A stretch of 64,000 nt of DNA from Podarcis vaucheri. Taxonomy: Eukaryota. Below, piece after piece: positions 23,601-36,053 of this stretch. The notes under the pieces were generated by a model. That model was not told where the DNA came from, made no database searches, and saw only the letters and a list, made by a program, of their open reading frames with translations. Position 1 is the first letter of the stretch; every line of letters starts with the position of its first letter. The translations under genes and the position numbers were made by a program. The stretch lies in the NCBI GenBank assembly GCA_965113315.1, contig OZ220372.1; one strand, written 5' to 3'.

Positions 23601-24949
23601 TTCAGCTGCATCAAACTTTCATAGAAATAAGGACTTGGGAAGCAGCTAATAACCAGGTTTAGTCTTGTGGCAACTTGCACATCTTTTATATTGCGTTTAC
23701 TTACATTCCTGCAGAGAGTTTCTGCCAACATTGTAACTAAATGGAATTCAATCATACATAGAAACGTAATGTGTACAAAAAGGGCACATTGCCAGAAGTT
23801 AGTTCACCACCTTTACCCTACTTAAAAACACAAATAACCATGCTGTGCCACAGACATAAAGGTTTACGGCGCCCTCTCTCTTTGTTTTCCCCCCTCTGTA
23901 GATATGAGATGCCTCTTTCTTTTTGTTCTCTTAGCTACTAGTATCTATTACATGTAAACTCTTTTCCTGCCAGGAAGTTCAATATAGATAGGGTTTTGCT
24001 ACATTTTATTCTCACACCAACTCTGTGAGATAGGTTAGTCTGAGAGAGCGATTGGTCCAACACCCCCCAGTGATATTCAAGGCTGAGAATTCAAAGATGG
24101 GTTTCAGTAGATCTAGTTTGACATCCTGCTATGCTATGCTATGCTATGGTATGCTACACCACCAGCTAACCATCAGGTCCATCTGAATCTCTCTTGCCCT
24201 TATATTTCTCACCTCATGGTGCACTCTATTCCACGGCTCACCCTGCATTTAGATATCTCAGATGTTTCAGTGTACAAGTCATTATTTACTTCTTACCATC
24301 ACCCCAACAGAACCCCATTGACTCTTCACACCTTGTATTACTTCTGAGAGAGCATATTCCAGGAACTCTGGAGACTGAGGCTGCAGTCATATATATATAT
24401 ATGGGAGTACTGTAATTGAAAACGGGACTAACCACTGTATAGGCATGGATAGGATCGCGCTGTGGGCCACCTTGAAAAACCGGGGCGGTGGGGTTGACCA
24501 TGCATCTGTGGTGGGCTTCCATTGGTAAGATATCTCTCAGTCCGCCTGTAGGAATTTTTCAACAGAACAGAACTATCAACAGAACACTGAAGCCACTCGA
24601 AAATAATGAGAATAACGTCTGTATATTTTGCCACATATCCCAGGTGCTATCAATGGTCGAAACCCATTTGGGGTTTCTATTTTCAAATAAAAGCCAGGAT
24701 TTTATGGATTAGTCTCACAGGCGGGAGCATGGGATTTATGTTGTGGGGAGAGCAGGGCACCCACCTGCCCTCATCCTCTGCCTGGCTCTGTCCAGCAGGA
24801 CAGGTCTCAACAACAGTTGTTTTAAATCACTTTGTTTTGACCCCAAGTGCTCAGAAAAACTTGTCGAAATCTTTCTACATTTTTTACTTTCAGTTAAGCA
24901 TCTTCATTTATTTCACTTGATTGGGGGTGGGGTAGGCATCCGCCCCCAA

Positions 24950-25780
24950 GGGTGCCAACTTGAATAAAATATTGGAGCGGGGGGGGCAGGTAATGCCCCA
25001 CCTCGCATAATCGATCGCATGACACACGGCACACACGCGCCCCGTTTTTGCTCCTGAAGGGCTCTTTTTGCGCGGTCCAGAGGAGACCCCGTTCTGCGCA
25101 TTTCAAGGAGGGGGTTTTGTTTCCCGCCGTTTCTGTGCTAAGTGCGGGACGGAAGCTACGGCGCCAAGCAGCCCCGCTTGGGTGGGTGAGAGGAGGAGAC
25201 ACAGCACGAGAGAGATGCCGGTCTTTCCCCACAGCTTGGCGTGTGTGTGGGGGGGGGATGCCTTTGCAACAGCCCCTACCGCGCGCTCGGGCGCCTCGCT
25301 CTTTTTGGCGCCTTCATTGGTTTCAATGGGGGAAGCCATGCCGCGCGCTTCCAAAACAGAAAGCCCTCAGCAGCTCTCCCCACGTTATTCGGCGTGGTTT
25401 ACTCGGAAGTAAGCCCTACCAAGTACAAGGGCGCTCACTGGAAAGGCGCCAACCCCACCCCTCTGAGGCAGCGCTGTGTTATGGCTCCAGGAGCCGCTCC
25501 GGAAATATCTCTCCCCCCCCCCCGTCACCGCTTGACGGGAATGTTCTAGAGATAGAGAAGTGATAGCGGCGTATCCTCAGCTGCGCGCGCATCCCCGAAA
25601 AGACTGAAAATTTTCCACTGCTGCTGCTGCTGCTTCTACCCTGATAGCGGAGCGCGTGGCCGCCGCCCCTCCCGGTCACATGACGAGGCGTTTAGTCACC
25701 TCTCTTCGCCCAGGGCGGGGCAGGCAGGGCAGGTTGGTTCAAAGCATCCGCGCCGAAGCCGGAGCAAACACAGCCCGTGA
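24950..25780. promoter_or_regulatory. Orphan CpG island ~7 kb upstream of SLC38A2 (promoter- or enhancer-like)
   Basis: High CpG density; ETS motifs CGGAAG (~25150, 25404); GTCACATGAC E-box at 25675-25684; GC boxes; no convincing coding ORF. Confidence 0.7.
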
Positions 25781-26137
25781 CACAATGCAGTGGATGTTAC
25801 AATGGCGAGAAGAAGCAAGCTCCGGCTTGTGTATGCGCTGGGTTGGCTTTGCCCACAACAAAGCTGCCTTGCTCTGCACACATCCTGCGTGTAGGAAAGG
25901 GATTGAGGCCGATCAAGATACGGAAGGCACATGATGTGTGATGGAAATGGGATATGTTTGAAATGCATAACAATGCGGTTATATGCGAGGCGCGTTTCAT
26001 CACTGAGAATTTAGTTGCTGACCCACTGTTGATTCCCTCTTCTCTCGTCCTGGCTATATTGAGGGGGGGGGGAGAGGGTAAGGGGGCAATTGCTCCCCAC
26101 TCCATGAACCATAACCCCCAGATTTTATAGTGCCAAA

Positions 26138-26582
26138 AATCACAGAATCCTAGAGTTGGAAGGGACCCCAAGGGTCATCTAGTCCAACCCCCGGCAATTG
26201 CAGGAATCTCAGCTAAAGCATCCATGACAGATGGCCATCCAACCTCTGCTTAAAAACCTCCAAGGAAGGAGAGTCTACAGTCTCTCAGTGACGACCTTTC
26301 CATTGCCCAACGACTCTTACCGTTTCTCCATATGTTTAATGGGAAACTCCTTTCTTTTTAATTTTAAGCCATTGGTTTCAACTCCTACCCTCCACAGCAA
26401 GAGAAAATAAGTGTGTTTCTTCTTCCATGTGGCAGTGAATCGTTGAGATATTTGAAGATGGCAATCATATCTCCTCTCAGTCTTCTCTTTTCCAGGCTAA
26501 GCATACCCAGCTCCCTCAACCGTTCCTCATAAGGCTTGGTTTCTAGACCTTTGATCATCTTGGTTGTCCTCGTCTGCACACA
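26138..26582 (-). mobile_element. CR1 LINE 3' fragment
   Basis: TKMIKGLETKPYEERLRELGMLSLEKRRLRGDMIAIFKYL (CR1 ORF2 C-terminus) plus CR1-type 3' UTR and tail. Confidence 0.9.
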
Positions 26583-28486
26583 TTTCATTCAAAGTTTCTA
26601 GCATTTGTAGAACCTCAGATGCAAGATGAAAATGTGCAAGCATTATTTTTGTGAGAAATTAGCCTGTTTCCCTCTTTCAGTGTTTTCTTTACCCAACTCC
26701 AAATCCCCGCCCCTAGCAGTCACAATCCGCCACAATCTGCTTCTCCTGTCCCTATATTTACCATCTGTTACTATGTTCAGGATAATGTCTACTTTGACGT
26801 GTCTTTACATATGGAGGCTTCCAGTGTGATTAACAATCCTAATTATCAAGGGCTGTAAGTAACAGCAAAGGCAGGGGCAGGTAGTAAGCCATGACATTGC
26901 GGGTGGGGCTAAATGTTGGCTGTTTCTTCCATTAACACAATTATGCATACACACAAGTAACATGGGAAGAGGGCTTAGGTTGTATAGAGTTCATCATCTC
27001 CTTCAGTCTGGGCTCCGGAGCTTGGGAAGCTTTTATTTCGAACTGCAACGATTACATTTCTTAAATTAGTAAATAAGCCGAAGACCTAAATAACTAGTGT
27101 TATATTAATCGCATGGCTCACAGCCACATCAGGGGATTTGAACAATTAAATCTTAGAGGTGTGCGCAAATTCTATTGAGACTAATGAGAGCTCTTTACTG
27201 ACATTAATTGCAGTGCAGGGCAGAGGATATTCCATCAGGATGGTGACTGGGGAGCAAAAGCTGAAACTTATCTGTGTGCTGTGGTCAAGTTGGAAATAGT
27301 TTTATATGGCTGACCATCAAGAAAATGCCATACACTCAGTAACACACGTTGCCCCTCCTGTACCTAGGATTAAATGTTTAAAATCCCCTTGCATGGCTGT
27401 GAGCCATGAAATTAGCCTAACATGTGCTTAAGTCTCCAGACAAGCTTGTTATTAACCAGTGCCTTTTTAAAAAATGAAGAAATCTCAGATCTTTTTCACA
27501 ACTGATGGATGAGGGTAGAGGCTGTGTATATTGTCTCATATTTAGGATTTGCATGAGTACAAGGGAATAAAACAGTAAAGATGTTTCATGAAGTCAGCTA
27601 AACAAATATGAATAAACACAAGGCATATCCATATTTCATAACTTTGGCTGCACAAATCAGAATACATGAATTAGCATCTTAGGCTGCAGTCCTGAACCCA
27701 TTTACCTGGGAATAAGGTCCACTGAAATTTAATGGGTGTTGATATTAATTTTGGAACTTGTTGTTAACTGTGGTCCAAAATCTTGCTTTTTCCAGGCAGG
27801 CACTCACATTTTAAGCAAATTACTCTTATTTCATGTAAGTCTGGTCAGACTGACCTGTTTGCTTAGATATGCATGAGTGCTGTGATAGAACTAGTAATAA
27901 GAATAATTAAGTATAAACGGTGCCTTTTTGGAGAAATGTCCTATTCTCTGGAAGGATGCATCTGGGATATAAACATGATTGTTTTATAGGGGAAAGACTG
28001 TGATAGCGCCTATGTCAAGATAACCTTTGTGCTTTTGAAGGTAATTGCATGCCACAGGCATCTGGTTGGCCACTGTGAGAACAGGATGTTGAACTAGACA
28101 GACTATAGGACTGATCCAGCAGGGCTTTTCTCATTTCACATTAAGTTCTTTACTTAAATTCATTTCACTTTCAAATGTTCAGTTCTGCCTTGAGAAAATA
28201 ATTCACTATGCTCCTTTCTCCATTAACAAATGCCTGTGGCCTGCTGTTTTCAACATGCCCTTATTTTGCTTCCCAGAAACTTGCAAGCAGATGCACCAAT
28301 TCAAGTATATTGGTAAGTTTCAATTCAATTGAACTGTAAATGGAACTGAGTGACCCTCGTAGTGCCATTTGGGTAGTGTGGGAGCTAAGTATTTGCCTGT
28401 GAATTGGATGAAACAGAGAACCTTTCACGGGCCTTGGGTGGTAGTCAACTAAATTCTACTCTGAGTGGACATACTGTATTTCATGG

Positions 28487-29505
28487 GGATGCGGGTGGCG
28501 CTGTGGTCTAAACCACTGAGCCTCTTGGGCTTGCCAATCAGAAGGTTGGCGGTTTAAATCCCTGTGACGGGGTGAGCCCTTGTTGCTCTGTCCCAGCTCC
28601 TGCCAAACTAGCAGTTCAAAAGCATGCCAGTGAAAGTAGATAAACAGGTATCGCTGTGACGGGAAGGTAAACGGCGTTTCCATGCACTCTGGTTTCCATC
28701 AGAAGCAGTTCAGTCACACTGGCCACATGATCCGGAAAGCTATCTGTGGGCAAATGCTGGCTCCCTTGGCCTGAAAGCGAGATGAGTGCCACAATCCCAT
28801 AGTTGCCTTTGACTGGACTTAACCATCCAAGGGTCCTTTGTTGTTGTTGTTTAGTCGCTTAGTCGTGTCCGACTCTTCGTGACCTCATGGACCAGAGCAC
28901 GCCAGGCACTCCTGTCTTCCACTGCCTCCCACAGTTTGGTCAAACTCACATTGGTAGCTTTGAGAACACTGTCCAACCATCTTGTCCTCTGTCGTCCCCT
29001 TCTACTTGTGTCTTCAATCTTTCCCAACATCAGGGTCTTTTCCAGGGAGTCTTCTCTTCTCATGATGTGGCCAAAGTATTCAGGATCTTTCCTTCCAATG
29101 AGCACTCGGGGCTGATTTCCTTAAGAATGGAGAGGTTTGATCTTCTTGCAGTCCGTGGGACTCTCAAGAGTCTCCTCCAGCACCATAATTCAAAAGCATC
29201 AATTATTCGGCGATCAGCCTTCTTTATGGTCCAGCTCTCACTTCCATACATCACTACTGGGAAAACCATAGCTTTAACTATACGGACCTTTGTCGGCATT
29301 AAGATTGCTGGAAGAAATATCAACAGCCTCAGGTATGCAGATGACACAACCTTGATGGCAGAAAGTGAGGAGGAATGAAAGAACCTTTTAATGAGGGTGA
29401 AAGAGGAGAGCACTAAATATGATCTGAAGCTCAACATCAAAAAAACTAAGATCATGGCCACTGGTCCCATCACCTCCTGGCAAATAGAATGGGTCCTTTA
29501 CCTTT
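28487..29505 (+). mobile_element. Sauria SINE whose 3' tail is interrupted by a BovB insertion
   Basis: SINE body 28487-28839; tail resumes at 29491-29505; 15-bp TSD TACT(G/A)TATTTCATGG at 28472-28486 and 29506-29520. Confidence 0.9.
28840..29490 (-). mobile_element. BovB LINE with inverted 5' segment
   Basis: 28840-~29297 is the BovB 3' end on the minus strand; ~29298-29490 is BovB RT (IKIAGRNINSLRYADDTTLMAESEEE) on the plus strand; TSD GGGTCCTTT. Confidence 0.9.
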
Positions 29506-30741
29506 TACTATATTTCATGGACCTAACTTAGTCATGTTCATTTATTTCAGTGGGTCTGCTCTGTGTAAAATTTAATTTCATATTACCCAATGTTTATGGA
29601 GAAATAATGGTCCTAGTAAATATGTTTCTGGTTTTTGTTTTGTTTTTTATTTTGCACTGCAATCCTGCTTGGGAGTAAGCCCAGTTCAACTCAGTGGGGT
29701 TTACTGAGCAGACATGTTAGATCTTTCACCTGCTGCAACAGTAAAATATATAGCAGTGGTTCCCAAACTCCCTCTTGGCCCAGACCACTTCAAAATTGCT
29801 GATGGTTCTGGCGAACCACTTAATTATTTTTCTGCCAGTTGTAGCAATTATAACATGCTGTGCTAGTCACAGTATGATTTTAATTCTTATTCTCATTGTT
29901 CCTTTTATTTCTTATGTATTGTATTTTATTGCATTGCAACCTGCATTTCACAGAATTCATAATGTGATGGCAGGAGAAATAAACGAAGCAATAAAAATAC
30001 AATTAAAAATCAATGAGAAATGAGCACAAGCTGTGGACCACCTGAATGAAACTTGTGGACCACTGCTGTTTGGGAACTGTTGATATATAGCGTGATATCC
30101 AGTTGTGGCTTTCTGCTTGCACAACAGACTCCCAGTTATGCAAACAGGATTTCTCTAACCTCTGCTCCCCCAGCATACTTAAAACAGTCACCTTGACTTT
30201 CAGTGCCAGTTAAGAGATTTAGCTATGTCACTGTGATGAAGCTGGAAGCCTTCTGTTTTTTCTGTTAATTATTTATTTTGGCTATACAAGACCAAACTTC
30301 ATTTTACAGCGGGAGCTTGGATATAATAAAGGTTGACCGGCCTCTTTTCCTGTTTATACTACTGTACTTCTAACTATTTCTACAGTTGCTGTGTCATGCT
30401 TTATCCTCGTTAAGTTGTGCTCCACCCACAGTATTACTCAGCAAAAAATATATATCGACTGCAGTGAACATGAGAGAAGCAAGCTGACATGACATCGTTC
30501 TTTGGTTGAGCATTATAAGTAAGATAAACAAAAATGAAACTGCAAAAGAATATGAAGACACAAGGCTATGTTAATGATATAATACCTTTGAATAGTCACA
30601 TTCATGTATGCACAAAAAAGAAATAGTTTGCAATTATCCTGTACATTTAAATACTGCAATGTGTAGTTTAGCTCTCTTCTCCCTCACATGCTATTCAGAT
30701 TAGTTGTTGCACCCTAGCAAAATTGCCTGCTGTTATATACA

Positions 30742-30971
30742 GGGAACCAGGCAGAGGGGCTTCTCGGTAGTGGCACCTGCTCTGTGGAACACCCTTCCAC
30801 CAGATGTCAAAGAGAAAAACAACTACCAGACTTTTAGAAGACATCTGAAGGCAGCCCTGTTTAGGGAAGCTTTTAATGTTCGATGGATTACTGTATTTTA
30901 ATATTTTGTTGGAAGCCGCCCAGAGTGGCTGGGGAAGCCCAGCCAAATGGGCGGGGTATAAGCAATAAATA

Positions 30972-31020
<49 letters not shown>
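30742..31020 (+). mobile_element. L2-clade LINE 3' end with (ATT)n tail
   Basis: RGFSVVAPALWNTLP...TFRRHLKAALF (L2 ORF2 C-terminus), followed by (ATT)n and (ATC)n. Confidence 0.82.
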
Positions 31021-31022
<2 letters not shown>

Positions 31023-32141
31023 CATCATCATCATCATCATCATCATTATACCTGCCTGATAAATTTCTGGTTTATGATGCCAGCATGTAATTTATACTGA
31101 GGATTTACAGGGCATTTTAAGGAACATACCCCCCCCCCCCCAATTTCCTTCTTGAGATCATCAGGAAGGATTGTTTTCATAGATAATACTCCTTAATAGG
31201 AGAAAGAGTGAATATTCTACAGCAGTGGGTAAATAGAGTTGTAGAGTTGGAAGGGACCACAAAGGTAATCTAGTCTAACACTCTGCAATGCAGGAATTTT
31301 TTGCCCAATATGGGGCTTGAACCCTGAGATTAAGAATCTCATTAAGAGTGTCGTGCTCTGCTGGCAGAGCTATCCAGCAACTGACTGAGCTATCCAGCAG
31401 CAGGTAGATTTCCTGATCAAGTATATCAAATACATAAACAAAATAACTTTATAACTTTATAAAGTGCTTGTGATTCACCTTGTTATTAAATGAAGGATTT
31501 CCCTTTTATATACATCCCTCCCCCACCTATTAAACCTCTTTAGTGTAGGGATTATTTATTTCTATTTTTAGTTTTTAAGGGTTTGAGATAGCAATTATAA
31601 AACCAATCAAATGCAAATGGGTTATGTTAGAGGAAAGAGCAGAGGAATAGTTGAAGAGGAATGTACTAACATAAATAATATTTTTTACAGAAGAACAGAA
31701 TCATATGGATGTTAATGCTGATATACTCTGCAGAAATAACAGTGGGAATATTGATCCTTTGATATGCTGGTACAGAAAGCATCTCCAATGTATGAAGAGC
31801 ATTGGACTACTGTAGAGTTTGTGTAGTGTTTGAACATCACCTTTTGAAGCTGTATAGTTCAGACTTTGTGGAGATTCTATCTAGAAAGACCATGGAGGCT
31901 GTTAGGGGAAAGCTGTGTGTCAGGGATACTGAGCTCTATGCTACTTCTAGTCACTATCAATAGTATGCAGGGGTGATAAGGTCATGACCTGCACATGAGG
32001 TTAAAAAGAGATTATGTAACAGGAAAAAATATATCTATTTGCACAACTGTTATTTATGTGTTTACACTGGGGGTATCTTAGGTCTGCTTCCTATGTTTAT
32101 GCTTTTCTTACATGCAGAACACCTTTCTTTGCAGGCTAGAC

Positions 32142-32276
32142 CAGGCATAGGCAAACTCAGCCCTTCAGATGTTTTGGGACTACAACTCCCATCATCCATA
32201 GCTAACAGGACCAGTGGTCAGAGGGGATGGGAATTGTAGTCTCAAAACATCTGGAGGTCGAGTTTGCCTCTGCCTG
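32142..32276. mobile_element. Palindromic hAT MITE (same family as 14534-14659)
   Basis: TIR CAGGCATAGGCAAACTC; perfect 8-bp TSD GGCTAGAC. Confidence 0.9.
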
Positions 32277-32587
32277 GGCTAGACCATGAGATGGTTTCAG
32301 GTGACATGGTTTGCCCAGGTATGTAACCAGTCTACACCATCTCTCATAGTCCAGGGGCTCTAAACCCACCACTCATCACGGATCACTCAAACATTGCTGT
32401 GGGTTGTGGTGGGCCACTTCCAGATTTTTCTGCCCATTGTTGCAATTGCAATGTGCTGTGCTGGACGTTATAGGAATCATAGAACTGTAGAGTTGGAAAG
32501 GACCCCAAGAGTCATCTAATCCAACCCTCCATTTTTAATTGTGTTTTATTGCTTCTTTCCCCCTTATATATTGAATTTCATAGACTA

Positions 32588-32730
32588 CGTAGAAATGTAG
32601 CGTTGGAAGGGACCCTGAGGATCATCTAGTCCAACCCTCTGCAATGTGGGAATATGCAGCTGCCCCATACGGGGATTGAACTTGCAACCTTGGCATCATC
32701 AGCAGCATGCTCTAAGCAACTGAGCTATCT
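32588..32730 (-). mobile_element. tRNA-derived SINE with CR1-type 3' tail
   Basis: Reverse complement of the 62601-62741 element: tRNA-like head plus GGACTAGATGATCCTCAGGGTCCCTTCCAAC tail. Confidence 0.7.
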
Positions 32731-34592
32731 AGGCTGGCAGGATAGACAGGAGACAATATAAGGAATAAAAAGGCAATTAGAATACAATTAACAGTCCATC
32801 TGAATGTTTAACACAGTGGATGTGACGTCTCCTATCTTCAGCCAGAAATCTACAGACTTGTTGTGGGTCACCTGAATGAAGCTTGAAGATCACTGGTGGT
32901 CTGTGGACCACAGTCTGGGGAACCCAGTACTACTCCATATGACAGGGAGGAGATAGCAGGGGAGGGGTTAGCACGGATGTCAAATAAAAACTGAAAATTT
33001 GTGGTGAACATTCAAATCAATAACGTTGTGAAGGCTCCTCAGAGGAACAACAGGGAAGGAGTAGGGTGAGAACAGCAAGAAAGGTATTTCTTTGGGGATT
33101 AAATATCATAAATTCAAAGACTGGCAATAGAGATCTAGACAAGGAAATGTGTCAATACCTTGCCAAAAGTAACGAGTGAAAACGTTTGGACTCGCCCAAA
33201 GTGTAAGAACATAGTACTGTAAAATACAATCAGTGAGATATATACTGACTCTGTTGCACAATTGGCCAGTCATTTCCTGCGTGCTTTGGTCTTGTGGGAA
33301 TTTGGGGGTAGTTAGAGCAGTTAGGTTTGTTTGATTACATGCTATATATGTCTTTATTCCAGAACATCATGTTCCATAGAACATACTGCTTACCCCATAA
33401 ATCTACACTCTGTTTTTCCATGGCTGATCCACTGCTTAATATAGACTAGGAATGGGTGGACTTAGCCAAGGGAATTTTGCACAGTAATCTGTCCCATTTG
33501 ATAGCTGGAGTAAAAGGTTCTACAAAATTTTGGTAGACTGTTGGATTCCAAAAGGGATATGTACTAGAATCAGTCTGTGGCTCAGTCTCAGTATAAGTCA
33601 GTAGATATCATGACAAGCATTTTACATGTTCATACACATTGAGTGCATACACACACGCATATCTTTTAAAAAACAAATATTCAAATGGTACAATTGAACA
33701 ATTACATGCAGAGTGGGAGATTTCATTGCATTCAGTTTTGCATTCAGTTTTGCAGAAAAATGAGTGTTCATACCTTAAGCATTCATCTTTAATGCCCAAT
33801 TTTGGCTTGGGCTGAATTTCATTGGATTGGCTCATCAGAGTAAGGAAATCATATTCCAGAAGAAAGTATTTTAAGTAAACAGATAAGCAAAGAGCAAACC
33901 AGCTTGGTATTTATGATATCATTTAATAGTATAAATATAAACTTGTGAGGGAAGCAGGGGGGAATTGGGTTTTGGTTCTTTATAATGTAGACACAAAATC
34001 TTTGGGTGGTATCTCACTAGGCCATTCGATATCACCCACAAACTATATTTAATTTTCTAAAATAAGGCACTTCTTGTGTTGGGGAACTTTGCAGTCCTTT
34101 GTAAGAAAAGGAAGTGGTCAAGTTCAGTTAACTAGCTATCCATTTACTGAAATGAATATACAAAATCATGTGTACATAACCATGGAGTTTAATAGATGAC
34201 AAATTCCACAGTGAACTGCACTCTAATTGTAAAGTCATACCTGCTTTGCAGGTAGACCTCTAACCAGTCTGGTATCACTTCATTTGCTTCTATGCTTTTA
34301 TAATGGCCAAAGGTTCCTTTCAGCTTGCCATATTTGTGCATTCATTGTTAACATATATTGGGCTATGCACTGACAACCTTAAGAGTTTATTGTGCACTGG
34401 AATTTTGCACTAAATTTTCAAATAAAGATGCATCCAATATCAGTTTCTGAGCTTTGAAAACTACACTTGCATTATAGATAGAACCCTGCTTAAAGTTTCT
34501 GTTTTGCAGATGGGAACATGAGTCTGATATATTGTAACTTGCTGCTATGGAACAGGGGAGAGCTGGGTTTTGAACGCAGCTATTTTAAGTTC

Positions 34593-34920
34593 TTTGTCCA
34601 TGGAGTCCCATGGACTGCAAGAAGATCAAACCCATCCATTCTTAAGGAAATCAGCCCTGAGTGCTCACTGGAAGGACAGATCCTGAAGCTGAGGCTCCAA
34701 TACTTTGGCCACCTCATGAGAAGAGAAGACTCCCTGGAAAAGACCCTGATGTTGGGATAGATTGAGGGCACAAGGAGAAGGGGACAACAGAGGACAAGAT
34801 GGCTGGACAGTGTTCTCGAAGCTACCAGCATGAGTTTGACCAGTGGAAGACAGAAATGCCTGGCATGCTCTGGTCCATGGGGTCACGAAGAGTCGGACAC
34901 GACTAAACGACAACAACAAC
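34593..34920 (+). mobile_element. BovB LINE 3' fragment
   Basis: VPWTARRSNPSILKEISPECSLEGQILKLRLQYFGHLMRR; (CAA)n tail; TSD ATTTTAAGTTC. Confidence 0.92.
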
Positions 34921-35701
34921 ATTTTAAGTTCAGCCAGAAGAGTTTATCTGCTGGGCTTAACTACCTATAATTGCTTTGTATGAGCAAAGTATTAAGCAAT
35001 GGTTTGCTATAGTGATGTTTGCTTTTAGAAGTTTGAGCAGTGCCTTGTTCCCCTGCCCTGCTTGTTGTTAAGAGGCTGTCAGTTTCAAGTGGGATGTTGG
35101 AGCAGCACAATATTGCAAACCATGTTGTATGCAGCATAATGCAGACCGACAGGGAAGGGCTTTGTTCAGTGGCACAGCATCTGTCTCGCATGTAGAAGAA
35201 GCACCCAGATTCCATCCCCAGCATCTCTGGGTTGTTTTGAGAAAGTTTCCTACCTGAAAACCTGGAGAGCCACTGCTACTCAGTGTAGACAATACTGAAC
35301 TAGAAGGATCAATCGTCTGTGGTTGCCATATGTCCTCTTTTTCCAGGATGCACCCTCTTTTTCATGGGTAGAGTCATCATAGCAACCCATAGTTAAAAGT
35401 AGAAGTCAGCAAATGCTTCCTCTTTTTTGCTCTTCAAAATATGGCAACCCTAAGTTTGCTCCTATGCAATTTGATAAGGAAGTGTGAGAGTAAGGCTCAT
35501 CTAAGAGAGAGCTGGGCTGGAAGGTTTAAGGAAGGAGTGAAGGGGTTTGGACAGAGCAGAAACAGCAAAAGATGTAAGGTTGATCGTGATAGAGGTCTTC
35601 TGCTGCCACATTCACACAATACATGTAAACCACTGTGATGCCGTTTGAAGCAATCACGGCTTCCCCCAGAGACTCCTGGGAGCTGTAGTTTGTTAGGGAT
35701 A

Positions 35702-36053
35702 AAAAAGTAAAGGGACCCCTGACCATTAGGTCTAGTCATGGCCGACTCTGGGGTCGTGGTGCCCATCTTGCTTTATTGGCCGAGGGAGCCGGCGTACAGC
35801 TTCCGGGTCATGTGGCCAGCATGACTAAGCCGCTTCTGGCGAACCAGAGCAGCGCATGGAAACGCCGTTTACCTTCCTGCCAGAGCGGTACCTATTTATC
35901 TACTTGCACTTTGATGTGCTTTCGAACTGCTAGGTTGGCAGGAGCAGGGACCAAGCAATGGGAGCTCACCCCTTTGTGGGGATTCAAACTGCCGACCTTC
36001 TGATTGGCAAGTCCTTGGCTCTGTGGTTTAACCCACAGCGCCACCCGCGTCCC
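35702..36053 (-). mobile_element. Sauria SINE inserted in an older palindromic MITE
   Basis: Full-length reverse-complement SINE; TSD TTGTTAGGGATA. Confidence 0.9.

Noticed and set aside
24894-25968. Several overlapping ORFs in the upstream CpG island
   Set aside because: Open on both strands because of GC content; no domain or exon structure
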